64,000 nucleotides of DNA from Eledone cirrhosa (Eukaryota). Location of the stretch: assembly GCA_964016885.1 (NCBI GenBank), contig OZ024740.1:103726001-103790000 (forward strand). Direction: 5' to 3'. Shown here piece after piece: positions 51,218 to 64,000 of the stretch. Made by a program: the position numbers and the translations under genes. Each line of letters begins with the position of its first letter. Positions within the stretch are counted from its first letter, which is position 1. The notes under the pieces were generated by a model that had not been told where the DNA came from, searched no databases, and saw only the letters and a list, made by a program, of their open reading frames with translations.

Positions 51218-54085
51218 GAATGAACTTTTGAGGTAAGTAGCCTACGCCTTACTGCTATGACACTGCAACCTTCTGCCAACTTAGCATGTGACTTTCTCTT
51301 TCACATTTACTCCAATAGGCCAAAACAGAGTGGAAACGCCGGGGGACAACTGTCACAGAAGGAGCATGAAAAGAAGGGGCTCAACAATATTTCTATGAAC
51401 AATGTACGTAGACATCTAAACTGTACCTTCAACTTCTTAATTTTCTCCAAATAAAACAAGTTTCCTGTCGGTATATTTTCGTGAGTTTTTAACAGGCACT
51501 TTCAAATAAACGTTTCTCATTGGAGGTGCTATTACCAATGTTCTTACCCGTGCAACGCCGGGATACACTGCTAGTTACTAATATAATAGTGTGGAAATAA
51601 TTGTTTCTACGTTAGGCACAAGGCCAGCAAATAGGGAGTGGAAATAATGTTTGGAAAAATTATCTGCAAGTGTCAAAAAACTTCAGGTACTCTCAGGTCC
51701 CAAATAATGGAGGCGTGGGTGGGTGGACATTTGTTTAAATTCTTATAAGTAGGGGAGGGGGTGGAATGACGGGGGAGTTGAGAAATCGGTAATTGTATAG
51801 TGTATATTTGTAAATATGGGATTTCGTGTAATGTTCTTTTTTTGTTATATATAATGTTTTTTTAATGTAGAATAAAATTATTATTAGATTCTCCAGCTGC
51901 TGTATCGATATGAATCACTTACAATAAAATTTAGATTAACAAAATTTAATAAGCAGCAGTAGTGGTGAGGGTATTCAAGACTTGAGAGAACACGAAAAAA
52001 AAAAGTTGTAAGGGAGATAACCATGTCAATCCTGATTGTATGAAATGAAAAAGCAGAGATTTGAGCTGAACTGACATTTCTCTCTCACCCCAACATCTGT
52101 TCTACGTAAGCTTATATACATCTACTAAATATAGAGGTATGCCAATCAAAATTAATACCAATTTTCCAACCAGATATGTACAAGATTCAAACATATTTCT
52201 CTTTGACCACCATATATGTGATTGTCTGACCTGCTAGAAACAGCATTCAAATCTGTCTCAAATCACACTGTACTGTTTTTGAAAAAGACATTGGATCATG
52301 TAGTCCTGGGATCCATGCATATAGGAAAAAGAACAAACGATCAGAGCTAGAATGCTTTTAACCAAAGGTCTGCTAGATCAGGTCTGACAGAGTTAAACAA
52401 CAACTGTCATATGCCATACATACCCGCTGTCGTCTTATTCTCCTTCATTGTCTTGTAGTAGCCAAAGAAGACAGTGTAATCACACTATTCAGGCCAGGTA
52501 TAGTAAAGGTGATCTTGCGATGTTTCATTGTATATAGCCATAGGACACTTGTAGTGTTTATCTTAAAAGCATGCCAGGTACTCCTGTACTGTGCAATACC
52601 CATATATATTATATGGGAGAAATGTATATTTGATCATATTGCAAGATTCCGCTTACACCAACAATGGACAGGATGACTTGGAATATCTTTACTACTCACA
52701 TAAAAACAATGATAATGAAATATAATAATATATTTGTTGTAGTTTGATGGTTAGTCAGAGCATTTCTTCATGACTTGTGTTTGCTTCCATTGCTTGAGTA
52801 GGAACAACAACAAAAAGTAGTAAGAGTTATCGATTTAATTAAAAGGCTGGAACTAAAAATGTTTTAACAAAATGAAATGAAGTTGCTACAATATCAATGA
52901 TAGTGCTGGTGCCATGATAAAATGCATCCAGCCCAGCCTACCCCACCCTGTAAAGTGGTAATGCTAGTGTCACAATAAAATGCACCTAGTCCACTCTGTA
53001 AAGTAGTTGGCATGTTGGCATTAGGAAGGGCATCCAGCTGTAGAAAACATACCAAAATGAAACATATAAGCAAGAATTTTACCTGTCTAGTTTCAAAACG
53101 TGATGACCCTTCCAACTCATGTTAGTGTAGAAAACGGACATGTGATGATGATGATACATACACACATACATATGTGCCTGTCACTCATATTACTTATTAT
53201 TTACCAACTCTGGTATCAAGCCGGATTATTCTATATTTAGAAGCTGTGCCACAATCTACCACCTGTAAACACACCATAGAGCAGTAAAGCTCCAGAAAAA
53301 GGAGGTTACCAGATGGCTGAAAGATGTGAATGCCTTGCTTCAATAGGAATTGCAGCTGTTGGAAAACTTATGATGGAACCAGATGGCAGCCAAAATTCAG
53401 GTTCTTGCTGGTTCTCCTACTATGAAAGCCTTCTATGACAGTCTGAGATAGGTATACAGTTTCACAAAAAGTTGGTAACATATTAATAAAGAGTAATGAT
53501 ATTTCATAACTTTACACAGAGAAAAGTGATATCATGAGATGTTGGCAGAAACATTTAACTGTGTTACTAAATTAACTGTTAACAACTTTTTGAGGTTTCC
53601 AACAAATTTCTAAAGATGCTAATTTGCATATACTTTGAATAATGTTGATGGAGTTGCTTCATTAATTAAAAAAAAAACCTCTAAACTTTTATGACATACT
53701 TGATTACATGTGACTGCTGAGAGACAACCACTACACATCTACTTCCATTGCTCTACATACCCACATACCTATATTTTATACACATATATTATCAACTGTC
53801 CTACAAGAACAACCTATATACTTCTCTGCTAAATCAATATAGCTATTATTGATTCAAGAGAAAGGTAGATTGGTTGTGTGGCAGAAATGTTTGAGCAAGA
53901 CAGCAGATACCTTACAATATCTAGTCTTCACTTAACCCTTTCATTACCATATTTTTTATGACATACACTGTATTTCAATTAATTAATGCTGAATCAGGAA
54001 ATATTTACTAAAATTATTAATTACTTCATTTTCAATATGGTATTTGTAATATAACTTAATAAAAGGTTCATATATAAAATTATAT

Positions 54086-54357
54086 ATAATAAACAAGAAA
54101 GAGGGGTTTCACTTGTCCATCCTATTTATTTTGTTATACATATTTTGAAGACATATGGTAGTTATATAACATGTGCCCTATGTGTTCTCTTCAGACAAAA
54201 ATCCACACGAGACGTAAATATCCATTGATATGTTGCCGGTCATACAAGTTATTCTCTTCACCGACTAGCAAGCATATATAAATAGGGATGGACAAATGAA
54301 ACAGTCTTTCTTGTTTATTATTATAACAAAACTCCGGATGAACAGAAACCGTGGAGT
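54086..54357. mobile_element. Foldback element with adjacent decayed hammerhead-like motif (54331-54357)
   Basis: Arms about 54086-54129 and 54279-54322; actc-CGGATGA-aca-GAAA-ccg-tg-gagt. Confidence 0.5.
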
Positions 54358-54436
54358 GCTTCTTATCTGTTAAGAAAAGGTCGGCAGATTTTCAATCAAC
54401 CAACTTTCTTAATTGAATAAAAAAAAAATATATATA

Positions 54437-56367
54437 TCATCATCATCATTTAACGTCCATGTTCCACGCTTGCATGGGTTTGGACGGGAGTTTTCCCACT
54501 TGAGGCAAGAGTGGTTGTCATTGCTCGTATAGGACTGTCTGGCGGGTTTTCTACAGCTGGATGCCCTTCCTAACACCAACCATATTTACAGTGTGGGACT
54601 GGGAGGTTTTTACCGTGTTGCCTACACGGCCACATTACAGCGTGGACTGTGTGTTTTTTTGTCGTGACACCTACACGACCTCATTTGTTTCGGCCTGGAT
54701 GTTGTGGCACCAACATAACTATATATTGAAAATGGCGGTGTGGATGGGGTGGGGGTGGTGGGACGGGAGTGTATTTTGTTAGAGATGCCTACTGACTGTA
54801 GTAGGTTTTACTTTGTATTTAGGTAAGGCGGGTCTTCTCTATTACTGAGTACCGCCAAAGATCTCGGTCCAGTGACATTGTCTTGGAGAGGTGCAAGTGT
54901 GTGAGGTCGGAATTTATCAGCTCGTCCCAGGTTTTTCTGGGTCTGCCTACTCCGTGGCTACCGTCTATCTTTATTGCCCTGCACTTTTTTATACAGCTGT
55001 CGTCTTTCCTGCGCATCACGTGACCGTACCAACATAGTCTTCTCTTGAGTAAACAACATCTGATCCCTCTTATTCCTAATTTCTCCCTTAGTTCGTTTAT
55101 GCTTTGCCGTTCACATATATTACTATTACACATCCAGCGGAGCATGTAAGCTTCGTTCCTCTCTAGTCTGCGTATATCCTCTGCACACAATGCCCAGGTC
55201 TCACTGCCATGCAACATTGCTGTTCGTATGCAGGCATCATACAACCTGCCTTTCATTTTTAGGGAGAACCCTTTAGCGGCTAATAGTGGTATAAGCTCTC
55301 TGAACTTTTTCCATCCAGTTCTGACTCTAGCTACTGTACTTTCAGAGCACCCTCCCCCACTGCTGATTTTGTCACCCAGGTAACGGAAGCTGTCCACTAT
55401 TTCTATAGAACCCTCTGCGCAATTGAAAGAGCTAGTATTTTGTGGGCACTTGCTGCTACTTATTTCACCAGAGCACCGGCCACATGTAAAATCTATGTTC
55501 TTAGTTAGCTTACCTGTGATCCCACTACATCTTTTATGCACCCATACTTTGCATTTGGGACATAAAATGGAGTTTCTACCTACGCCTTTCCTACACACTG
55601 AGCATGGCCATTTCCCGGAAGGGACCGGCGCCTTATTTTCTTTCCTACAAACTAGAACTTTAGTCTTAGCCAGGTTAATTTTAAGGCCTTTTGATTCTAG
55701 GCCGTGCTTCCATGTTTGGAATTTCTTCTCTAGCTCGGCCATTGATTCAGCTATGAGCGTTAGATGATCTGCGTATAGGAGTTCTCATGGGCAGCCGGTC
55801 TTGAACTCCTCTGTTATAGCCTGAAGGGCAATAATAAATAGTAGGGGGCTAAGAACAGAGACCTGATGGACACCAACTTTTACACTAAACTCTTCGCTAT
55901 ATTTGTTGTTAATTCTAACCTTGCTGACTGTTTCTTTATACATGGCTTGTATAGCTCTCACAAGCCATTCGTCAACACCTAGTTTTCTAAGAGCCCACCA
56001 GATAATGGAACAGGGGACTCTGTCAAAGGCTTTCTCCAGGTCGACAAAAGCTAAGTATAGGGGTTTACTTTTAGCTAGGTACTTCTTCTGTAGTTGTCGT
56101 ACAATGAAAAGAGCGTCTGTGGTACTTTTGCCTGACACAAACCCGAACTGCATTTCATGTAGATCAATTCTCTCTCTGATTAGTTGCGCTATTACTTTTT
56201 CCGTGACCTTCATGACCTGGTCGATTAATTTAATGCCTCTATAGTTACTCCTATCTAGGGCGTCTCCTTTACCCTTTTAACAGTTAACGATGATGCTGCT
56301 ACGCCAGTCCTTCGGAACAACCCCATTCTGTATGACTTGGTTTACTATCCGGGTGACCATGGTGTGT
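54437..56367 (-). mobile_element. RTE family A, 5'-truncated copy
   Basis: ORFs 54819-55742 and 55785-56213; same 3' UTR and tail. Confidence 0.95.
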
Positions 56368-56368
56368 C

Positions 56369-56808
<440 letters not shown>

Positions 56809-58221
56809 TATATATAAAGGAAGTATGTTTAGAGAGTGGCAAGCGATGTTTGTAAATTGAAATAGAAATATAAGGCTTCGCTGTAACATTTGGGTAAATA
56901 ACACAGTCTTAATAATATGGCACTGAGAAGAAACAGATACCCATCTTTTTCTGTTCAGTGGATTTATATGCCCCATTATTAAGACTATATTATTTAGTCA
57001 AATGTTATGGTGAAGCCTTATATTTCTATTCCAATATATATATATATAGTATTTTATAATTTACTATGATTTCTTCCTGAATAATATGTTTAGCTTGCTG
57101 CAATGTTGTATCCAACTCTAGTATGTTATCTTAATACTACTTGGATAAGATCATTACTACAAGCATCATTGGCTGTCTTTTACTATGTCTATCAGATAGA
57201 AAAACATTGATTACATAAAACTGCAACAATCTGCTTTGTTTGTAAGAATAGAATAAATACAGTTTTTGCATGATTACATTAATTATGTGTGTATAAATCA
57301 TAGTAACTGACCAACAATATCTATTGTACAGGAGATAAATAATTGCAGTAAATGTTTAGAGAAAGAGCTGTAGAACAGTGTCATCCAGCTATACTATTTG
57401 TTTAGAACTTGTTATAATTATACTCTATTACAATATCATAACTTTGATGATAGATTATGTGTAACTTCCACACAGATGAAACTAATCACCACCACCATTG
57501 CGACCCCCACCTTAAATCATGCCCTACTGTCTTCAGTAAAGCCAGGATACATTGTACAATGTAATCCCTGATATACAAAAAAAAAGAAAAGAAATAGTGG
57601 TCACAGCTGAAAACCTTTGGTCACGGGCTTGCTTGACCAGGACTAAACAACATTGCTACCACCATTATATCAAATAATCTATAGTAGTTGTTTATAAATG
57701 ACTAATAAATTATGAAGAATTATTTCAAGTTTTGGCAAAACATCTTTTTAAATGAAGAATTCAAAACAGGATACAAACTATGTATGATATGTATGGTCTC
57801 ATAATACTTGAGGGAGTTGTAGGGGCAGCATATTGATATGCAACATTTCTAGGGCATTTTAAAACTTGACAGATCCCAGCTCCTCTCCAGTTTCTTCCAG
57901 TGAAGGATAGAGAGAGTGAGAGAATGGAAATGAGAAAGAGATATAGAGCAAGAATCAACCCCAATACTAGATTGGTACTTTTTTTTTATGAACCTTGAAT
58001 GAATAAATAGCAAAGTTGACCTTGGCAAGATTTGAACTCAGAGAGTAGAGAGCTGAAACGAAAATTGCAAAGCATTCTATCTGATGTTCTAATGACTCTG
58101 CCAGTTTGCTGCCTTATATAAAACTACACTAAATTAAAAATAAAATTTAAGATGAGTTATTTCTTTGATAAAATAAACTTTAATGAAAATTGAATAAAAT
58201 GAAATAACACCATGCAAATAC

Positions 58222-58236
58222 CTAACTTTATATCTG
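58222..58236 (-). CDS. Candidate micro-exon cagatataaagttag (15 nt, or 12 nt via NAGNAG): DIKL
   Basis: cacagcag acceptor, donor tag|gtattt, phase 1-1, TGCATG directly downstream. Confidence 0.4.
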
Positions 58237-59539
58237 CTGTGATGTTGTTTGGGGTGATATGGAAAGACAGGATAACAGCACACATGATATATGATATGGT
58301 CTTAGAACACATTGAAAGTGAATTAAATCAAAATTATTGAATCTATGAAGAAAGCGAATTTTTAATGGTAAAAAACCTCATTAAACTGGCATAGGATAAT
58401 TATTAAATGGAAATATTGCTATTCTATAAATCTTGACATACCTATGGGAGATAGAATTTTAATGAATTATAACAATAAGACAAACTGCTATTCTTTCATT
58501 AGAATAAGACAAACTGCTATTCTTTCATTAGAAATATGCTAAGAATCTAGACATTAAAAGATTGACTAAATTAGTTATTTTTAAGGTTTTATAATGTCCA
58601 AACTTCATAAATACAGTAAGACATTGACTTCACATATGTGATACAACAATAACGTGTAGGAACTTCATTTTGTTTAAATAACTATTACCCCCCCCCCCCC
58701 AAAAAAAAAACAGTTACTTTTAGAAACATACCAACATACTAATACATTACTTCACTCTGTTAAATAAATTTTTCAGAAAGTGTATTTGTGTATACACATA
58801 ATTGTTGGGGTCTCTTGAAAGTTCCACATTACTTTGACACAAGCCACTTTGTTGGCTCAAGTTGATTGCTAGCAACTTTAATGAAGGGTAATCAAGTATG
58901 AAATGGTGCAATAAACGTAGGAGTTAAAGCCAGTAATTTGACATAATGTCAGTATAGAAGAAAACCACAAACAATTAAATTGTAGAGGTTAATACATGTT
59001 TACTGCTCCAGCATTTACTGTGTGTGTGTGTATGAAGATACAGCTATGTATATCATGTGTACAAATTCTAACACACAAATAACACTAAATTTTATCTATC
59101 CTTCAAGCTGAAGTTATAAAGTGTAAATTTGCTGCTACACACAAAGACCATTTTACAAAGTACTCATAAGTATGTACACAGAAGTAGTCAGGGATTAAAG
59201 CTTTATATATATATATGTATGTGTGTAAAGGGAGAGAGAGAGGTTTGCAAAATGGTATAGCCACTGAAAGTATTATATTTAAGACATTTATGAGCACAGT
59301 ATATGACAGATGAAGAGATAAAAGAGGACAGACACATCATCTGCTATGGTATATAGATTCTCATGAATGAAGCAGGGAGGGCGGGTTCTTGAGATAATTT
59401 TTTTTTTCATTTTGAGGTGTACTTTTAAACATCACAATTTATATTTAAATTTGTAACTGTTTACATTATAGCTAATTACTATTCATATTATGTGTGCATA
59501 TATGCATGTATGCGTGTGTGCATATGTATGTATGTATGT

Positions 59540-59690
59540 GAAATTAGGTTGTCCTCTACTTTTTGTTGAGAAGTTCAAGCAGCTTCATGATAATATGAAA
59601 GTAAGGGTTAATGTCAACGGTCCCATTTCTGATCCAGTAAACGTAGAAAGCAGTGGGAAGCAAAGAGATATTCTGGACATTCCACCAGTA
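59540..59690 (+). mobile_element. RTE (BovB-like) RT remnant
   Basis: KLGCPLLFVEKFKQLHDNMKVRVNVNGPISDPVNVESSGKQRDIL. Confidence 0.75.
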
Positions 59691-59854
59691 TTCTTTCATA
59701 TGTATATATATGTCTTATACATTGCTGTAACTTTTAATATGTTTATTGTTGGGACTACTGTTTCTATGGATTGCATTGTACAGTGTTTTGACCACTACAT
59801 CATGCCTTATTATAATAGTACCATGTAGTAATATAATAGTACCATATAATAGTA

Positions 59855-60510
59855 CCATGTTAACATCTTTGGACAGTTGCTTATGACATTGGTGACATCT
59901 TCCATGATAATTTTGCAAAGTCTGCATTTGTTGTCACATCTAGGTATTTTGTCTGCATCCCTATCTCTTTTGTGAATCAGGTATTTTGTATTGATTTCCT
60001 TTTCTTGGATTACAAAAGCATATCCTTCAAAGTGGGAGCCAATATAGCAGTTGTTGGTCCAAGATAGACTACTTCGCTTATCTATATTACTCTCACTCTG
60101 GAGCCTCCTGGCAACATATCCATGCATGATTTCTTGTGGTATTCTTGGGCAATTTCCCTGGATGTGAGTTTTTGATTATCATGCAAGGAGTATCTTTCAA
60201 GGAGTTCTTTCCCAACACTCATCATCTTATCTGCCTCATGTAGAAAGACTTGCTCAATAGATAGGCTCCTACGCTTGGAGGTTTGTAGATGTTGTCAGAG
60301 GGATATGATGCAACACTCAAATGCTGTCTGGACTGATGTTAGGCCTCTGTTTCCCTGCTTACTTTCAACTAGAGGTGCTCTATGTCACTGTTTATGTGGA
60401 AGTTTCCGGTGTTGTTTAGGATTTTCATCAATAGCTCGAATTTTGTCTATCGTTGGTGTTAGGACAGGTACAGCAAACACATTGTGAGCCACTGTTTTAT
60501 TTATTTTTTG
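59855..60510 (-). mobile_element. R4/Dong-like non-LTR fragment (end of RT through CCHC-type finger)
   Basis: AHNVFAVPVL, GNRGLTSV, MHG, EGYAFVIQEKEINT, KCRLC..EDVTNVISNCPK. Confidence 0.8.
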
Positions 60511-62263
60511 CATGCATACACACACACACACATGCATAGACAGCGAGATTACTGTGTGGTCAATGTCAGCAGGTCACTTTGAAATAACTGGTAGACTGAT
60601 TGTATATTTGCTGTTGTAGTGCATTAGTACTGCAGCGATAAGTTATAGGGAGATAAGGCAGATGATTTATTGAGAGGCCTGCTTGTTTTAACCATGCAGA
60701 AGAAGCTGTATGAAATATGATGCTGCACATGATGAAATATGAAGTGTAAAAGCAGATAAATATGAATAACAAACAGCATGGACTTTGTTTAATCTATTAA
60801 ATGTATAAAGTATATCTAAATAAAGTGAAGCTGTAATAGAAGAGTGTAGAATTGTTGGTTATGGTTATGAGACTGGATTACTAAGTTCTCACTAATAATT
60901 TAAGAGTTTTGCATTGTTAAGGAATAAAATAATTCATTGAAAGATTTGTGGTTCATATCCTATAACTGGTGATGTTTTGTTTCCATCATTCCACATAATA
61001 GTAAGTAGGCATCATACTTCTGATGATCCTTGATGCACTTAGAGTTGAATTGCTGGGTTAATTTTTCTCACTTTGATTATATATTTTTAAGATTCCTAGC
61101 AATAATTAATTGATTATATGTATGTACTTCTATTTAATCTTATATATTTGGTATCACAGAATGGTTTAGATCACTGTATTATGTCCATGTCAACAACTCA
61201 GTTCACCACTCTGTAAGTAGGTACCAGTTTACTTGACTGTGTTTATGGCCAAGATACATAACTCTCAACAATATAATCTAACTAGCTGTAAGTATCACTG
61301 GTATGGCATGGTTCACTGTATTATGTTCATAATTAAGACAGCCAACTGACCAGTCCACCTAGTTGAAAGCAGGCCAGCTAAACTTGCATAGGTGTGAGCT
61401 GTAATAACAACAATCCCCATTATATGGTTGCTTGTTAGAGATGTGAAACATGGAGAGTAGATGTAGAGGACTACATGTGGAGTGTAGTGATGTATGGTAG
61501 TGAAACATGGACAGCGAATGTAGAGGACTATATGTGGAGTAAGATGTGTGATGATGTATAACAGTGGCACATGGACAGTAAATGTAGAATATTTATAGCT
61601 GGTAAAGAACAAAGTGAATTTGGTCAGTCACATGTGCAAGATCTGAGTATAAATGATAGGAAAAAGCTGCTTGATATAAAAGGTATTATCTGATAATATA
61701 TGTAGGAGAGGTGCTCAAACTGATATAGTGGGCAGTTAATGTAATGGGCAGATGATGAAATAGAAGCAGAGGTTGGTCATGAAATGTATTTGTGATAGAG
61801 GTAGACAACGAAAAATTCAAACTACATAGGTCAAATTTAGAAAAAACATGTCTCAAAAGAGAAATTATGCAGACTGCAAAGATGGAGGAGGTATACTACA
61901 GTATTATATAAAAGGTTCCTGTTTAACCTAAGATGAAGGCATACAGTATTATATAAAGGGTTAATGTTCAACCTATGCAAACAGGGAAAAATAAAAAAAA
62001 AGTTAAACAAAACACTGATGACAATCCTCATCATAGTGATGACAACTCTACATCTTTTACCCATTGGTATACTTCCACCATTTTGTAATAATCAAGAGAG
62101 GATACAGTATTACACTATTTATCAAACTGTTATTCTTTTATAAAAACATGAGTAATTGGGAAGTTATCAACACATGAACACAAAAAATATACACACACAC
62201 ACATACACATACACATATATATATTTAAATATATATATATATATATACACACACACATATCTG

Positions 62264-62460
62264 AAGGCACATGGCTTAGCGATTAGAGTGTTGGGCTTGC
62301 AATCATGAGCTTGTGAGTTTGATTCTCAGTCTGGGTGATGCCTTGTGTCCTTGAGCAAGTCATTTTATTTTACGTTGCTCCAGTTTATTTCTATAAAGAC
62401 TTTGCCTGGACTTGTGCCTCGGAGAGGGAACTTTCTAGGCATAAATCCCAAGGTCATTTG
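62264..62460 (+). mobile_element. SINE with a family B-like tRNA head and a different 3' part
   Basis: ggcacatggcttag..gtgagtttgattctc..ccttgagcaag. Confidence 0.7.
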
Positions 62461-63093
62461 TGAAGGGTGGGGGGTTCTTTATCCTATACACACATATATA
62501 TAGTATAAACAAAGTTTCATACACTTAACATATCTAAACTGGCCCTTCATTTGAGCATGTGGACAAAAAGTGCCTCCTCCAATATACAGTGGTGGCCATA
62601 ACTGGAACCTGGAACCGATGGCAGCACGTACATGTTAAGTGTATCAAACTGCCTGTTCCACATTGGTATGAACAGCTACATGTGTGCTTGCAGTCAACAT
62701 GGACCACCCGCTTCATATTCTTTTTTTCGCAAAGCCAAGCAACAAGGTGATATATATATATATAATATAATATATATATACACATATATATATATGTATG
62801 TATATATATATATGTATATGTGTGAATATATATATGTATATGTGTGAATATATATATGTATACTGTGTGTGTGTATATATATATATATATATACTCACAC
62901 ACACACACATACATATGTTTATTTAGATATCTATATAACAAAATCACAAACTAAATACAAAACACAGCAAACTGTTTCCATGGTCACTGTTGGTATTTGT
63001 AATTAGTAATGGTGTTGTAAATGACAGTAGCAACAAGTGCAGAAGTCCGGTATTAGTTGGAGAGAAACAAAGGAGAATATAATAATGATTTAC

Positions 63094-63168
63094 CTGCTGT
63101 AGTAAAGCTGGGTGTGGGAGGTGGTGTTCCTTGTGATTGACCATTGTTACTAACCTGTTGTGTACTTC
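63094..63168 (-). CDS. Probable CaMKII variable-linker exon: STQQVSNNGQSQGTPPPTPSFTTA
   Basis: Acceptor gtttcatcccctag, donor cag|gtaaat, 75 nt, open phase 1-1. Confidence 0.68.
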
Positions 63169-63857
63169 CTAGGGGATGAAACATAACAGCATAGGAGAGA
63201 AGGTGGTAAGTCGAGGGGATTTGGCCTTATGAAATTAGTTAATATGAATACAGGAGCTAGTTTCATCATGTAGTATATGAGAGAGAGAGAAAAGGAGGGG
63301 AGAGATAGAGAGCATCCAAAGAATAATAAAAAGAGAGAAGCAGGCAGAAGGGAGACAGACAGACATTTAAACAAATAACTTGTTTGTCAGAGATAGCCAA
63401 GAATATTAGTGATAAGACAGGTGGACATGTAGTAAGAGGATCAGAGAGATAGAAAGAGTAAGAGAGAGAGAGTATAAGAATATTACTCTAGTTAGAGATG
63501 GATGCTAAACATAACACAAACTGAATCAGCTTCCATTTCTGGACAGGTAAAGTCTACTGGTCTGATGAGCTGTATACACAGCTAAATGTCTTACCGAATA
63601 ATTATGACAAAATAAACAAGCTGCACACAAACATATATGTATGCATAGATGTGCGTGTACACACACACAATAAGTATAAGTTTTACAACATACTGTACAT
63701 TATAACTTGTTCCACAGACTGAGTGCTCTAACCCCTTAGATATTTTTACCAAACTCGTACTGCAATCTAAACTATAATAAAGGGAGGAGCGCGGGACTGC
63801 GTACGGTTTATAATTTTTTATCCCATTAGTAAAATAAGTTGGATTACTTTGAATAAA

Positions 63858-63966
63858 TAATTGTTTCTACTTTTGGCACAAGGCCAGCAATTACCCAATG
63901 CATTACTGGTACTTTATTCTATCGACCCCGGAAGGATGAAAGGCAAAGTTAACCTCGGCGGGATTT
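63858..63966 (-). mobile_element. 5'-truncated SINE A with TSD ttactttgaataaat
   Basis: Duplication flanks both ends. Confidence 0.88.
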
Positions 63967-64000
63967 ACTTTGAATAAATTATGAATGAATATTACATAAT

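Larger units (their letters stand above)
49156..51574 (+). mobile_element. Non-autonomous Helitron, interrupted near its 5' end by an RTE
   Basis: 3' hairpin cccgtgcaacgccggg followed by CTAG|T at 51571-51575; putative 5' A|TCTATACATATA at 49156 (less certain). Confidence 0.7.

Noticed and set aside
60566-60772. ORF with an acceptor-like tttcatacag
   Set aside because: No good in-frame donor and no recognisable homology
63562-63595. Hammerhead at ctgatgagctgtatacacagctaaa
   Set aside because: Stem II is present but GAAA reads TAAA, and no convincing stems I/III with an NUH triplet were found

Overview
Eukaryotic, AT-rich, repeat-dense intronic DNA. The repeat landscape looks cephalopod/octopus-like (inference). 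The window appears to lie inside one minus-strand gene. An 84-nt exon at 9549-9632 encodes (G)RSLVAKKNDGIKESTDSSATLEDEDTK, the CaMKII linker segment just before the association (hub) domain. Upstream of it are several short phase 1-1 exons (63094-63168, 46070-46171, 28128-28229, probably 15783-15830) and candidate micro-exons, suggesting a modular variable-linker cassette array spread over about 54 kb. None of these exons is a clean ORF in the supplied track. The introns hold several RTE-clade LINEs (two families carry a PHD-like finger inside the RT), two main tRNA-derived SINE families, piggyBac-type MITEs, a non-autonomous Helitron, and fossils of CR1, CRE, R4/Dong and Rex3/Expander elements. 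Several foldback elements carry Penelope-type hammerhead ribozyme motifs, including a U3-A8 core variant. No intact transposon ORF, tRNA, rRNA or CRISPR array is supported. Repeat boundaries are read by eye and are approximate.
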